This document shows, one piece after another, positions 30,257 through 43,765 of a DNA stretch of 64,000 bases. The DNA is from Glaucostegus cemiculus (lineage: Eukaryota). How positions within the stretch are numbered: the first letter of the stretch is position 1; each line of letters starts with the position of its first letter. Made by a program: the position numbers and the translations under genes. Under the pieces are notes generated by a model. That model was not told the origin of the DNA and did no database searches. It saw nothing but the letters and a program-made list of their open reading frames with translations. The stretch lies in NCBI GenBank assembly GCA_976551045.1, contig CDPCPM010000317.1, positions 930,001 to 994,000 on the forward strand, in the 5' to 3' direction.

Positions 30257-30798
30257 TCTACCAGGATTATCAAGTTAGGGGATCAACCCTAGCTCAATGC
30301 CATATGCAGAAGGGCGTGCTCAGAGCAGCACCAGGTATATCTTCAAAACTGACGTGTCAATCAGGATGTGCATGCTAAACAGTATTGAATAGACATCACC
30401 TTCAACAATGCAGGTCCCAGCATGAGTGTGCTTAAAGAGTAGACTGAAGAAATTACAACCACATTCAGCCAGCAGTGCCAAGTTGGTGATCAGTCTTTGC
30501 TTCTGTCTGAGATTTGCACTTTTGCAGAAGCCAGACTGTAGTAATGTACTCCAGAATTGCTCATGCCACAGGTCGAGTGGTTTTAGTACAGCTACAACAC
30601 CAATAATCAATATGGAAAATGACCAGTATGTCCTCCTGACCAATCTAATCTGCCTAATTGGTACTAAACTGACTGGGCACCAGAATGATGGAAGGTGGTG
30701 GTAAGTGTTGCAAAGTGGCACTTGCTCACTAAAAGCCTATTATTGGGTTCTCTCAGCACCATTTAAAGCTCAAGACCTCCACAGCCTTGGCTCAGCTT

Positions 30799-31032
30799 GG
30801 GCGGCATGATAGCATAGCGGTTATTACAGTGCCAGCGATCGGGGTTCAATTCCTGTCGCTGTCTGTAAGGAGTTTGTACGTTCTTACGTGTCTGCGTGGG
30901 TTTCCTCCGGGTGCTCCAGTTTCCTCCCACATTCTGAAAGATGTACGGGTAGGTTAATTTGGGGGTTGAAAATGGGTGGCGTGGACTCGGAGGGCCGAAA
31001 GGGCCTGTTACCACGTATCTGGAAAACATAAA
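30799..31032 (+). mobile_element. Young HE1-like V-SINE nested in the LINE
   Basis: A-box region TAGCATAGCGG, B-box GGTTCAATTCC, V-domain, and GGCCGAAAGGGCCTGTT tail; many CpGs retained. Confidence 0.9.
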
Positions 31033-32079
31033 GTTGATGATCATCAAGTGGAAAATGTTTGGTTGTAAAGGAAGATGGTTGTATTTGCCAATCTAGCTGT
31101 GGGGTATCACTGCAGGAATTCTTCAAGTCAGTTTCAGCTATTTAATTAATGATCTTCATTCCATCATAATGCCAGAGGTGGGGATGTTTGCTGCCAGTGT
31201 TCAATTCCATTTACAACTCAGTAAATGCCGTAGTCCATGCCTGCATACAGCAAGATGTAGATTGTTGTTTCAGGCATGGTGCTAAATGTCTGGTATCATT
31301 GGTGCCACAAAAATGACCATTTCCAACTACCTACCACATTTAGCCACATAATCATGAAGTCCCCCAGCATAGCACCATCCTTGGTGTGGTTACAATTGAC
31401 TAGAAATTCAAATGAATCAGCCACATAAATACTACCAGTACAGAGCCTTCCCAGCATTGATATGGCTGTGGTGAAGTATTCTCTACTTGCCTAGATGAGT
31501 GGAGCCCAACAACACCCAAACTTGATATTGTACAGGATGTAGCAACCAGCTTGATCGGTACCCCATCCACTAGCTCATGACCACATTCTAACTACAGTGT
31601 GAACCATTTATGAAATGCACTCCGGACATCACCTCCCCAAACACATCAGCAAGAAGCTCGAGGGATTGAAGCATAAAGAAACACTGCCACTTGCAGGTGG
31701 TTCCTCCATGTCACACGCCATTCTCACTTGGGAATATTGTCACTGGGTCAAAATCCCAGAATCAAACCTGCCCCAACAATATTGTGGGAGTCCCTAAACT
31801 GGAAGGGCTGTAGTGGCAGCTCATCACCGTGAGGGCAGTTAAGGAAGGGTAATAAATTCTGGCCTTGTCAGTGATTTCCCAGATCTGACAAATGAATCAA
31901 TAGGGGTAAAAAAAAAACATTTTGGTATTCAGTTATTGGGAATACTTGGGCCGATTTACTTTTTATATGTTGATGCTTATGTTTGAGATGGAGAAAATAT
32001 TTCGGGAGGTAGAAACTAGAATTATAATACCTTCAGTGTTGGTGGTTTGACTCTTTTGCTTCCTCTTTCATCCTGACAG

Positions 32080-32161
32080 GATGATCCTCTCTCAAACCTG
32101 AACAATGCCTTTGAAGTGGCAGAGAAATATTTAGATATACCCAAGATGTTGGATGCAGAAG
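32080..32161 (+). CDS. ACTN4: ACTN4 exon 7 (82 nt): [27 protein letters not shown]
   Basis: ctgacag|GAT ... GAAG|gtgagt. Confidence 0.97.
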
Positions 32162-34270
32162 GTGAGTCATTTTATTGTGAATGGTAACTTAAAGGAATAC
32201 CCTTGGTGTCCACTTATAAACTTGATTTAACTTGTTTGCTGGTATAGAATATTTTTCACAGGCTTTGCTACCTTTTTTGTAAGAGTTCCAGGTGCTTTTA
32301 AGTTGTAATTGTGTATATAGTGTTTTGTTCAGAAGTAAAGACTGAAGTTGTTGCTGTAGAATTCATTGATGTTAATTCAGCACTAGCAGGTTACTGTCAC
32401 AAAGACTTTGTAGGTTGGCCTAAATGTTTAATGTGCAAGCGACAGCTCACTCCATCCTGTTTACCAATAGGGAGTGTCAGAAAGGACTTGACCCTCAGCT
32501 ACAGAAATGCAAGCAGTAATCTATATATTGTTTCAGGAGAGTTATTGAGCCTGTTCATGCTTATTGCTCTTGAGGGTTACTTGGCATCTCTCCATTCAGT
32601 GCTTTCTCTAAAGAAATCCAGATAAAAATCTAATTTTTCATATAAAGATTTAGAAACCCACTCCCAGTAGACTAATTATTCCTTGAAAAATTGTTCTGTT
32701 AAGTAGAACAGTAGTTCTGATGGTTAGTGAGAAAAGTAGCGGGAAGTTGGAAGTAAATGTTTTGGATTTTTAAATTTACTGCTTTGGTACTATATTTGAA
32801 ATTTTGATTAATGACCAAGTTTGAGAGTGGCTATTGAGTCCATTGATATTTTTGGATTGATATGTTTTGTAAAGTATGTTTTGGAGGTGTATTTACCTTC
32901 AATCCAATGGTAATTTGGAGATCACAGCTACAAGAATGTTCTCTGTAGTGAACACTTGCATTTGGATTGTTAGGATTGGATGTCTTGACACTAATTAGCT
33001 AAAACTACCAATTTTTTTGGCATCACCTCAATATTCTTAAGTGTTTGACAACATAAAGCAGAAGGTTTCAGTAGCTAAATGTATCTAAAGTTATTTCTAT
33101 TACAGAGTTTCATGATGTAATGACAATTCCATATGTTTGCATTCATGGTATTTGCATTTATTTAAAGGTTTTGAGGAAGAAAAAAATTCTGATTTGGAAA
33201 AATTATCCTTGCAGTTAAATTCTAACTTTGGAAAATGGCTTCTAACTTCCCAATCTGTCATTATAGCTATAGAGCATGACATATGGCCTGCAAACATTCG
33301 CCATTCCCACACTCCCCTGAGGACAACTTCTATATCATCTGACTGTTGGCTGCCCCCACTGTAATCTTGAAATTGGTTCCTGAGAATCCCAGGACTGCTT
33401 CAACTCCATTAAAAGATGGAGCCTGTTACACAGAGCAGAAAAGTGGGGACTAGCTGCAGACTGGAAGTACAACTTGACATTATCAGGCAAGCCCAAGGCA
33501 GATATCAGGTACAGGGGTAAGAGACCCAGGGACCATCAGGTCCTACTTTTCTTCTAGGCCAGAGTCCAGATCCAGCTTTGATCCAACAATAGACCCAGAT
33601 ATTATTTGGGTACAGTGGTAATTGCAATTCTTGTGATCCCTTTTAAAGAGCTGGCATGGTAGGCTGTAAGAGTTGCTGGCCCTGCAGTGGCACCTTTTCC
33701 AAATTTTATTCTTTTCAGAGGGGCTCGTGTCCACAAGCAAAATCTGGTAGCTATTAATGGTAGGTGGAGGAATTGGAACCAGTTTATGTGGGTGGGAAGT
33801 GTTTGTCATCTGGTTCTTTGAGAGAAATGTATGAATAGCAAGCATTTATTTTTCTGAATGGCTTAGGCAAAATAAAACACTTCTTGTGTGTGGTCCATGA
33901 GTGGATTGGATTGTAAATCTGACTCTCATTCCATAAAATAAGTTGAGCACCATGGCATTCTAGCAAAGTCAGTCTTCCACCCAGGTTGACTGCCAGTCTC
34001 CTGAATTGAAGCTCTGTGGACTGCTGCTTTCCTGTGTGCTACTTTGCATGAGTCCTCTGGCACATAATTTAAAGGCCATCCATCTTGTCTTCAGCCATCC
34101 TCATGTGCAAGGTTTAATGTTCCTGGTCTGTTTACCCTGTGTCACTGGGGCAGGTGAATTTTCCTCCTCATCCCGATCAATTGATACAAGTATGCAAATA
34201 AGTGGGTAGTTGAAACCTGGGCCTTCATCCTGATGGTGTTGAGTCCTATGTGGCTGATATTTGTGGAAAT

Positions 34271-34287
34271 TGTGTGTGTGTGTGTGT
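34271..34287. repeat. (TG)8 microsatellite
   Basis: Direct read. Confidence 0.85.
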
Positions 34288-36419
34288 ACACCTTATTTCT
34301 GCTGTTATGCTGCACTGGCAAGAGTATTTTGCTCTTTCTATGAATTGTTGACAATATTTCCAAAATGTTGCATCTAGATTATTGCAGTCGTTTTGCTCAT
34401 GGATCTTTGATCATGATGTTGAAACTGATTTTGATTTAGGACTGAGTTTAATTGATACCATCTCATTTAGTTTATAAGAAACTAAGTGGTTTAAATTTTA
34501 AATTCTCAAATATCAGTAATATGTGGCTAATGTAGTTGGCAGCCTGCTCTGGGGACACTGTAATGTCATTACTGGATGTTGTGATGCATTTACCCTATCA
34601 CGTGCAAGTGAGCCAGACCTGATCCATTTAGTAAGCAACTTTCACCATTTTAAAAATGTAGATTTTTTACAAAAACTGTACTTGTTGTAAATGCAATCCA
34701 GTTACTTAAGGAACAAAAACACAACTTGGTTATATAATTGAAGAGTATATGCCAGATAAAACCATGGCATTTTCTATCTGCTAATGATATGGGAATTCTT
34801 TTGCTACTTGCATCAGAAAGAATGCATGTCCAGAAATTTTGGTCCTTTATTCTGAATGCTGTGGATCAAGCAGGTCAACTCCATGTAAAGAATCTTTTTT
34901 GAAATTAAGTTGGTGTTGCCAGGCTTTTCAAGAAGTGCTTTAAACAGACTTCAGTAAACTGTGAACATTAGTGTAGGAAAAATTAATGCCATTAGGGAAT
35001 GATGATGCAGATGTTTCCTTGCCAAATGCAAAGCTAAACATGTGCTGATGAATACACATCATGCTAGAAGGCTATAAATTATATCTTTACTGAATGTAAC
35101 AGTAATGTTGTAGCAAGAACATTTTACTTGGCTGGTGAGCAGTTTTTCTCCAGATTTTGGTATTTATCCATTCCTATAGCTGAGCCAAACAGATCAAGAA
35201 GGAAATGAAGTTGATATTGTATATCTACTAACTTAGCTGAACTTGACTCCCTGAAAAGAAACAAGTTGGTTCTTCCTAGTTTGGAGAAGAGAAAATGGAT
35301 TCAAGTGTTCAATTAGTAGGTGGTGATTTCCACTAGGAAATGCACACAAGATGCCAGACAAGGGTGAGATTTGGCTCGAGTTCTGCTGGAATGTAAAGCT
35401 GCATTTTGATCATTTGTGACTAGACAGATTTTAAGGTACATGTTTTCTGGGTGTGACTGGCAAATCTGCATTCAAAGACTGAATGTCTAGCTATTGTGCA
35501 GGCTTGAGGCTACAGTACACTGTTTATAGTTGACTTCACTGTAGTAACCTCATGGGGTGCAGAGAGCCCTGCTTGCGGGTGGGGGGGGGGGAGGAGATTA
35601 TTGCATTAAACAACCTTTTTAGTGTAAGAACTCTGGGGAAGTGTTTTTATATTGAAAGCTGGTGTTGTGCTTAATATTATTTTCTTTAAACTTGACTTCC
35701 TCCTTAATGTTCTGCTATTTCAACATCTTGTAATTTCAAACCACAGTTTCCTGTTTCAGTTTAAAAAAAAACACCCTCCTTTCATCTATATTGCCAAAAT
35801 AATGAATATTTAACCCGCAGCAGGAAGGCCCAATCTTTTCAGTGAAATTGCTGCAGGTGTGTCTATAAGAGCCAAGTGTATAACTTGTATTTTTCCCATT
35901 AATGGGCAAAATTTGCAAATGGTAGTCTCAGTGGACTATTAGGATCTTTCTGTCCATGATGCAAAAATGTAAAGAACAGCTGTTTTGAAACCCTCAAGAC
36001 AGGACTGATGAATAAAAGGTGAAATGAGATTGGGGTGTCTAGGCCTGAAAAGCTGTGATCTTGGTGCTGGTTACTATAGCTCATTGGAGTTAATACTCTT
36101 AATGGGTTTTATTGATGTTTAACCACATCTAAAAAGTGGTTTATTCTCTTATTTGATTTTTGATGTAATACACTTCTGTTTTATGTAATATTGTATGGCT
36201 AGAGATTTGTAGAAAATACATATTTACTTCCATGTTTATAACTGACATTTTTTTTTTGTCTTCTACCTTTTTTCAATCTTTTTGCATGTATTTGCAAGAC
36301 TATGCTGAAATGTGTTTATAAATGACTCTGCTTTGAACTTGGGAGAGACGTGGCCTTGTGGACCTGAAAATCTTTATCAACATTTGCAATTTTTTTCTTT
36401 TAATCTGAAGTTTTTTTAA

Positions 36420-36695
36420 AAAAACAATTGCTGTAATCAGCTGGTCAGGCAACACCTGTAGAAAGAAACGGTCAACGTTTCAGGTTGAAGACCCTTTGTT
36501 AGAATTGGGACAGGAGAAGGTGGGAGAGTGACTTTGATAATTTATGCCCACAGCCCTCATCCTTTGCCCTGCCTATTCCTTCCCCACTAGTCTGCAATTT
36601 TAAAACTTTTTTTTTCTCTCTTGCATAACTCTGAAACACTTTGACCTGGACCACTTTCCACAGCCTGTTGAGTCTTTCTAACATTTTCTACTTTT
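36420..36695. mobile_element. Penelope-like terminal-repeat relic
   Basis: CAGCTGGTCAGGCAACACCTGTAG...AACGTTTCAGGTTGAAGACCCTTTGTTAG; same type as 48060-48607. Confidence 0.5.
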
Positions 36696-36820
36696 GCTTA
36701 AATGGGCCTATTTACTCTGTGCTATGACAGTTTTGGAGTTTATTGCAGAATTTTCAGGGCAAATGTTCCTTTTCTTTCATGTATTTACAAATGTAATGAA
36801 TTTTTGCTCCACCTCCCATC

Positions 36821-37090
36821 AGGTTAAGGTCAGAGGAGGAAAGTTTAAGAGAGATGTCAGAGGTGTGTTTTTTTAAGAGTGCTGAGTGCCTGGAATGCAC
36901 TGCTAGGGGTGGTGGTAGAGGCTGATACGATAGGGAAATTTAAAAGACTCTCATCAGATAGGTACATGGATAAAAGAAAAATGGGTTGTGTGGGAGGGAA
37001 GGGTTAGATTGACTACGGAGTAGGTGTTTATATAGGTTGACACAACATCGTGGGCCAAAGGGCCTGTACAATGCTGTACTGTTCAATGTA
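36821..37090 (+). mobile_element. CR1-clade LINE 3' fragment
   Basis: KVRGGKFKRDVRG...GCCTGGAATGCACTG...GGGCCAAAGGGCCTGTAC...TGCTGTA tail. Confidence 0.85.
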
Positions 37091-37736
37091 AATGATTTCT
37101 ACTGTGGATCTATTCGATAGTTTGCTACTGATATGAATATCAGTAGACTTTTTTAATGTACCAGCACAATCCTTCACATTTTGTTAAACTAATTTTGTCA
37201 TGAATGTAAGCAGGATCTATTCTACTAGAGGCTTTACGGGTTAGATTAAACACAACTTGTTTAGTGAAGATTTCCCTTCAACTTCTGTAAAATGTAGAAA
37301 TGACTGTAGAGAGCACATTGGTAGATATTTTGCACAATGTTTATATCCATATTTAGATACACAGTCATGGATTACTCTTTCGACAAAAGTGTGTTCTGAA
37401 AAATTAATGCTCTTGATGCTAATCAACTTCTATTTTGCAGTCTAGTTTTTCCCTTGGCCGGTGCTGTTTGAGAATCAGACTAGCAGTGATCTGTTCATTT
37501 TTCATTGGTGTTGTGCTTTCGTGGTGGTGAAGAAACATACCTATTTCTCATTAATTTTATAGGACATAGTGCAGCCCAAATAGATTTTATAGGTAGAAAG
37601 TTGTTGGTGTGCTGCATTGCTTTTGTGTTTGATGAAACTGAAATGTCTCTGGTAAAATTGTATATTTGAATTCGGTCCATGGGTAAAAACACACAAGTAC
37701 TTAATAATGTGCTAGATGTTGACTACAAGCTTCTAA

Positions 37737-38003
<267 letters not shown>

Positions 38004-38035
38004 AACCTTACTCTGCTAACTTTCTCTCTGCACAG

Positions 38036-38121
38036 ATATTGTAGGCACACTCAGGCCAGATGAAAAGGCTATTATGACTTACGTTTCATGCTACTACCAT
38101 GCCTTCTCAGGTGCTCAAAAG
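38036..38121 (+). CDS. ACTN4: ACTN4 mutually exclusive exon 8b (86 nt): [29 protein letters not shown]
   Basis: tgcacag|AT ... AAG|gtgagc; same length and phase as 8a; GTLRP signature of mammalian ACTN4 exon 8b. Confidence 0.95.
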
Positions 38122-40453
38122 GTGAGCTCTTGCCTCATGCAAATATTCTAACCTCCTGTGCTTTTGGTCTTTCATGGTGCTTGTTTGCTATTGTAAGGTG
38201 GTAAACATCTGGTATCTTTATATATTGTACAAATGTATTTTCTGTTACGGTTGTGTAGTATGAATATAAGTAAGTGTGCTCTTGTTATTTCCAAATGAAC
38301 TGCTCTAAAGCAATAGTATTTTGATCAAAGTACATGGACTACCTCAGGTCAACCCTTGTCCTTCCCCCTGTACAGCAATACATCTGAATTTATTGATAAT
38401 GCTGAAATAGTCTACTTGCACTATTTGTTCCTAATTTCCAAACTTTTTAACTAGATTCCCAGTATTTGAATTTTCACCATAGATCTGGACTTTACTTTTG
38501 GAAACATTATTTTCCCATGTTCAGGATTACATTTCATAATACCAGAAAACTATATTTCAGATATTAGTCTTTATATCATGTAATGTCGGAATAAGGTTAT
38601 GAAGTACATTTGAAGGTCATTTTTATGAATGAAGATGAATGACCTAAAACACTGAACTATTAAATTTGATCAGCTTTGGAAGAGAAGGTAGGATGTTAAG
38701 AGGAGTAGAATTCTGGCGTAGTGCTGTGCATGTTCTTAATGCAGCACTTTGGAAAGAAAATGAATTTGATTTGCAAGGAAGAATTCAACTTTCAATGGTT
38801 TATTCTATTTCCAATAAGTTTTTTTTTTACTAGTTGAGAATTGACTCTTCTCATAGCATTTTTTTCCCCCACAATCTCTGAGTTTCCTTTGTAAATGCTT
38901 TATTTAAAATTGGATGGCAAAGGTACGTATTCTCTAATCCTCTCTTTTACACAATTTGCAATTCATATGGTGGTTGAGCAGTGATAAGAGAGAACCATGA
39001 ATACAGGTAGCCTACTTTCTTCTTTCATGATCTTCAATAAATTTCTACTAATGAAAGTTGTCAGGATGATTAGCAGTTTTGTAATAACTTGGAAGAGTAG
39101 ATGTTTAACTATAATTTTAAAATGATCTTAAAATTTTGATATTTTTGCACTGGCCTACTTTAGGTCTATAGCATAAAAAGATGTCTTCAAGAAATAATTC
39201 AATTCATTCTGTGCATATTTCCAGTACTGGGGGGTAACAAAAGGTGGCATTAAATGTATAAAATGATTTCTTTACATTTAATTTTGTTCCTTTATTAGAA
39301 AATAGTGTCGTATTCTCAAACTTGTCAACCATTGCTGTCTCTTTTTTTCCTCTGTGTAGACCCTTTGAGTTTCCATCAGTGATGACCAGCTCTTACCTGC
39401 TTTTGTTCTACCTGTATACTCTTTTTTTTTATTTTTTATTTTGCTGTGTAACAGGTACAAAGACCTTCTCCCTTTTCTGTGATTTCCCCTCCCACATTGT
39501 CTCTTGGGCATGAATGGTATGCCACTGTCATTTTAGAGTTTGTGCTTTTTGGAACAATATGCCCTCTGTCACCATTTCATCTTCACTCCCTTAACTTAGT
39601 CATTGAAGGTTGTGGTTTGATTTGCTGCATGTATGATTTCTGACGTAAACAAAAATTATACAATGAAAGACTTTATCCTTTTTAAACAACTACTAGTGAT
39701 TCTTTGCTAACTCATTCTGAAAAAGTGAACTGACAACTGAAGTAGTTGATCCTCTAAGTATAGAATGAAGCTGCTGCACTGCATAATCCTTGGTGTAAGA
39801 GTATGGTGTGCTAGCTTGCTTTTCTACTTTGTAGAATCTTGTACAGTACTGATGGATTATAAATTTGTCTTGTTATCTGTGATGAAATAGAACATCAATT
39901 GGCCTGTGTTCAATATCTTGATCTGGTTGTAGTAAATTGAATGCTGCATTAGCATGCTACTATGTTGCTCATGTTAGTTAGAATGTTAGTGTGTGGCATT
40001 TCTAAGGTTGCACTGGTTGTAATGATGCATGTTTGTGTTTCTATAGCCAGAATCCATAATTGCCACTCTTTGTCCTCGATGAGTCAGAAACCTTTAGGGC
40101 AGATCTGGTCCTTACAGCTAAACCCTGTTTATTTACTTCCAGTTTCAAATCACTCATTTTGTCACTTGAATCTATCTGTCTGCTTAAATAACATCGATGT
40201 CATTTTTTGGAGTTTAATCTAAGCTGAATTAACTGTGAACATTAACTCTTCTACATAACCTGTAGAGTGCCAATATTATTTGAGATGTTTGCTCTTGGAA
40301 TTGAAAGGTAATTTTTATGAAGCTTTAATAGGTACACTTTAATATTGTGTCCTAACAGCTCCACAAATCTATGATTCTTTTTAAGCTTTGCATAACTTTT
40401 TCCACAAATTTTAAGTGTTCTGGCAGTTCTAACCATGTATCTGTTCACAATAG

Positions 40454-40579
<126 letters not shown>

Positions 40580-41149
40580 TAAAGAAAAATAATTGTTGAA
40601 TGACTTGCAGTGAATGTAGTTTACAGGAATGTATTTTTATTTAAAAACTATTTAATACATTTTAAGTATTGTCATCAAATTGTAACCATGCCAAAAACAA
40701 ATTCAAGTAGCTAGTAGTCTTAAATTTCTTAATGATAACTGAACACATTTTGTGGATTAGTTTTTGGGTTTGAACCATCAAGAGACTTTTTACAAATCAG
40801 CCAATTAAAAGACTTTGGCAGAAGCATAAAACAGTTTCACCAGTTAGCTCATTTGTGTTATGGATTTGTGAAACAAAAAGACAGCTGAACTGTCATTTTT
40901 GCTGATCATCATTAGTGTGTGTTCAAAGTTACTGAGCTCCACATTGTGCAGGAGATGATATATGTGCCATTTTTGGATTTTGTATGACCTTGTAAGTTCC
41001 CTGTGCTTTTTCTCATCAGTAGGCACTTTTTAAGAAAAAAAAGGACATGACTGTTAATAATTTACAATTTTACAGATGTATTTGTAGAACCTTTTTGATT
41101 AAATGGGAAGGAGATGGAAATTTCTGTATTATTTATGTTCGGTGTAGCA

Positions 41150-41490
41150 CTTAGATTACCACACAAGTAATCTGGAGAGTTGGACTAACTCTAGAGACCC
41201 TAGTTCAAATTCCATCATGGCACCTATGGAATTTAAATTTGGTCACCTGGAACTAAGTTTTAAAAGAAACACAGTAACAAACCAAGAGACGAGCAGAACG
41301 TCATAAAAACCTGTTCATGAATATACTTCAGGGGAGGAAGTCTGCCTTCCTTGCCAGGACCAACCCACACTTGACTTCAAATCCACCAATGTGGTTGACG
41401 TAAGTGCCTCTCTTAAATGACATGGTAAGCCACTAAGTTCAAAGGCAGTTAGGGATGAACAATAAATGCTGGCTGACACAGATCTGAGTT
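41150..41490 (+). mobile_element. Old elasmobranch tRNA-like SINE
   Basis: B-box-like AGTTCAAATTCC, body CCAATGTGGTTGAC, tail GGCAGTTAGGGATGAACAATAAATGCTGGC. Confidence 0.7.
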
Positions 41491-41859
41491 AATATTTAAA
41501 AAAAAAATCATTATAATAAAAGTGCTTGCAAATTCTAGGAAGATGTAATTCTGAGAGCTCCTCCTGGAACTCTAAGTTCCATTAGGAAACTTTTTTTGAT
41601 TATTGAGGGCAATGTCATGCTGCTTATTTTGATTTGCAAATTTGCATAACTTAACCTATACAACAGTGCATATTCGTGATGAGAAATTTTTATAAAATTG
41701 GGGAAGGTTTCATTAGATTGGAGAATAGAAAAATTACTTCTCTGTTCGAAAGAGAAAACAAATTAGGAAACTATTGGTACCTTAATAGTGGGGTAAACTT
41801 TAGCTATTAATGACAGTAGGGCATGTACAAATTGAAGGTAATTGGGCAAAGTCAATATA

Positions 41860-42560
41860 GTTTTGTGAAAGGGAAATTGTTTTTGACCAATTTATTGGAG
41901 CAGTTTGAAATGTGCTGTGGGTGAAGGGAAAACAATGGATGTGCAATAGTTGCTTTTCCATCAATAGTGGTCTTGGTTGGCAAGATGTAGTAAATGGCAT
42001 GTTGCAGGATGGAGACTCAACTTTTTATAATTGATTTTGAAAAGTGAATATAGGGTTGCCTAATTTTCTGAGGAAAAAGCTGTGTTGGGAAGTAAGTTAT
42101 GAAGATGGATGTAGATGGGCAGTGAGTAGGTAAATATTTGGCAAATAAAGTATAATGTGGGAAAGGTTGTGATTGTCTATTTGACAGGAATAAAAAAGCA
42201 TTATATGAATGGTAAGATTGCACAGCTTGAGATGCAAGATGATCTGTATGTCCTAGTGCAAAAGATTATGCAGATAAGCATGCAGTTGGAAAACAATTGT
42301 TTATTGCTGGGAGAATTGAATATAAAAGAAGGGAGGTTGTGCTTCAGTTAGGTAGGTCATTGTCAAAACTACATTTGGGGTGTGTGTCTCCTTACGGGTG
42401 TAAATATATTAGAAGCAGTTTGGAGAAATTTATTAGACTAAAACCTGGAATGGTTACACTGTTACATGACACACATTTGGACAAGCTAGGCTTATATCCA
42501 CATCAGATTAGAAGAATAAAAAGGGATTTGAATGAAACCCAATGTTTGTATGGCATAAAT
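41860..42560 (+). mobile_element. Heavily decayed CR1 LINE RT region
   Basis: FIAGRIEYKRREVVLQLGRSLSKLHL...EKFIRLKPGM...LDKLGLY...RRIKRDLNET (ORF 42297-42590). Confidence 0.7.
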
Positions 42561-43274
42561 AACGTAATACTTTTGAGTTCTGGAAACTAATGCTAAAACC
42601 ACAAAATGCTGACTACTTGTTTTTCAACAAATCTTTATTGGTGCTCTAGTACCCTTTTTTTTCTTTCAGCAAGTTAAACTGGATTCTTGTCCATTTCAGA
42701 GAACTGCCAGACCAGCTACAGATAATGGATTTCCTTCCACAAAGAATGTGATTTTTTAAAAAAACTCAGTGATCACCATTACTGATACTATTTTATTTCA
42801 TTTTATTTGATTGTATTTAAATTCTCCAGCTCCTGAAATTTGAGCCTAAGCCTTTGATTTGTGGTTCTGTAATAATTGAAGCTTGTATCCTAATAAAAGA
42901 AGTGGCCGAGGTTTTCAGACTATAACAGTAGATCCCATTAAAGGGCTATCATTGGCACTGCAGTTGAAGAACTTTGGAAAGTGTATATTTCAACTGTTTC
43001 TTTAAAAGGGGTTATATAGGTGAAGGAAATTTGGGAGGAAGGTGGGGTGGAATGTTCACCACCATGGCACATTGCTGGGGGAAGTTAACAGCAGTTTTCA
43101 CTGTTTCAAGTTGGTGTTAATGGTGTAGTTTTGGTAGTGCTATAAATTTTAGTAAACAATGGGAAGTACGTATGTATCTTTTCGACAGGAGATTGTTGCT
43201 TTTAAAAACTTTCTGAATTATTACAAATTTTATGATGATCACCATTTCTATTTTTTGTTGTTTCATGTTTCTAG

Positions 43275-43505
43275 TTATTGGAATGGATTCGCCAAACCAA
43301 ACCCTGGCTTGAGAACAGAGAACCTGAGAAAACGATGCAAGCTATGCAACAAAAACTGGAAGACTTCCGCGATTACCGGCGTGTCCACAAACCTCCCAAA
43401 GTACAAGAGAAGTGCCAGCTTGAGATCAACTTCAACACCCTCCAGACCAAACTCCGCCTCAGCAATCGGCCGGCATTCATGCCTTCTGAAGGGAAAATGG
43501 TCTCG
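43275..43505 (+). CDS. ACTN4: ACTN4 exon 10 (231 nt): [16 protein letters not shown]...[11 protein letters not shown], spectrin repeat 1
   Basis: tttctag|TTA ... TCG|gtaagg. Confidence 0.97.
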
Positions 43506-43765
43506 GTAAGGAACACTTCACTCTTAATCCATTGCCTCATTTGAGTTCAGTTGAAATTGGAAAATTATGGTTTCTGGCTTGCATAAACTTGGTACAATTT
43601 AGTCCTCAGTTTTCATTATCCTATTCCTTTCATCACCTCTACCTAACTGCAGACATTTAATTTCCTCTTCACTCAGCTGCACACTGGCTTGTAATTCCAC
43701 AGGTCCTACTTGTATTTTGATACCCTGTTGAAATAATTGGTTTTTCTTGAGTAAAGTGTTTATTT

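Noticed and set aside
30799-30860. tRNA gene
   Set aside because: The A/B boxes belong to a SINE head; there is no complete cloverleaf and it runs directly into the V-domain.
33270-33720. Somewhat GC-richer stretch in intron 7 (a similar one at 21830-22070) as a hidden exon or pseudogene
   Set aside because: No sustained ORF, recognisable protein motif or splice-site pair; probably old unclassified repeat sequence.
39379-39390. GTGATGA as the C box of an intronic C/D snoRNA
   Set aside because: No suitably placed CTGA D box or terminal stem follows.
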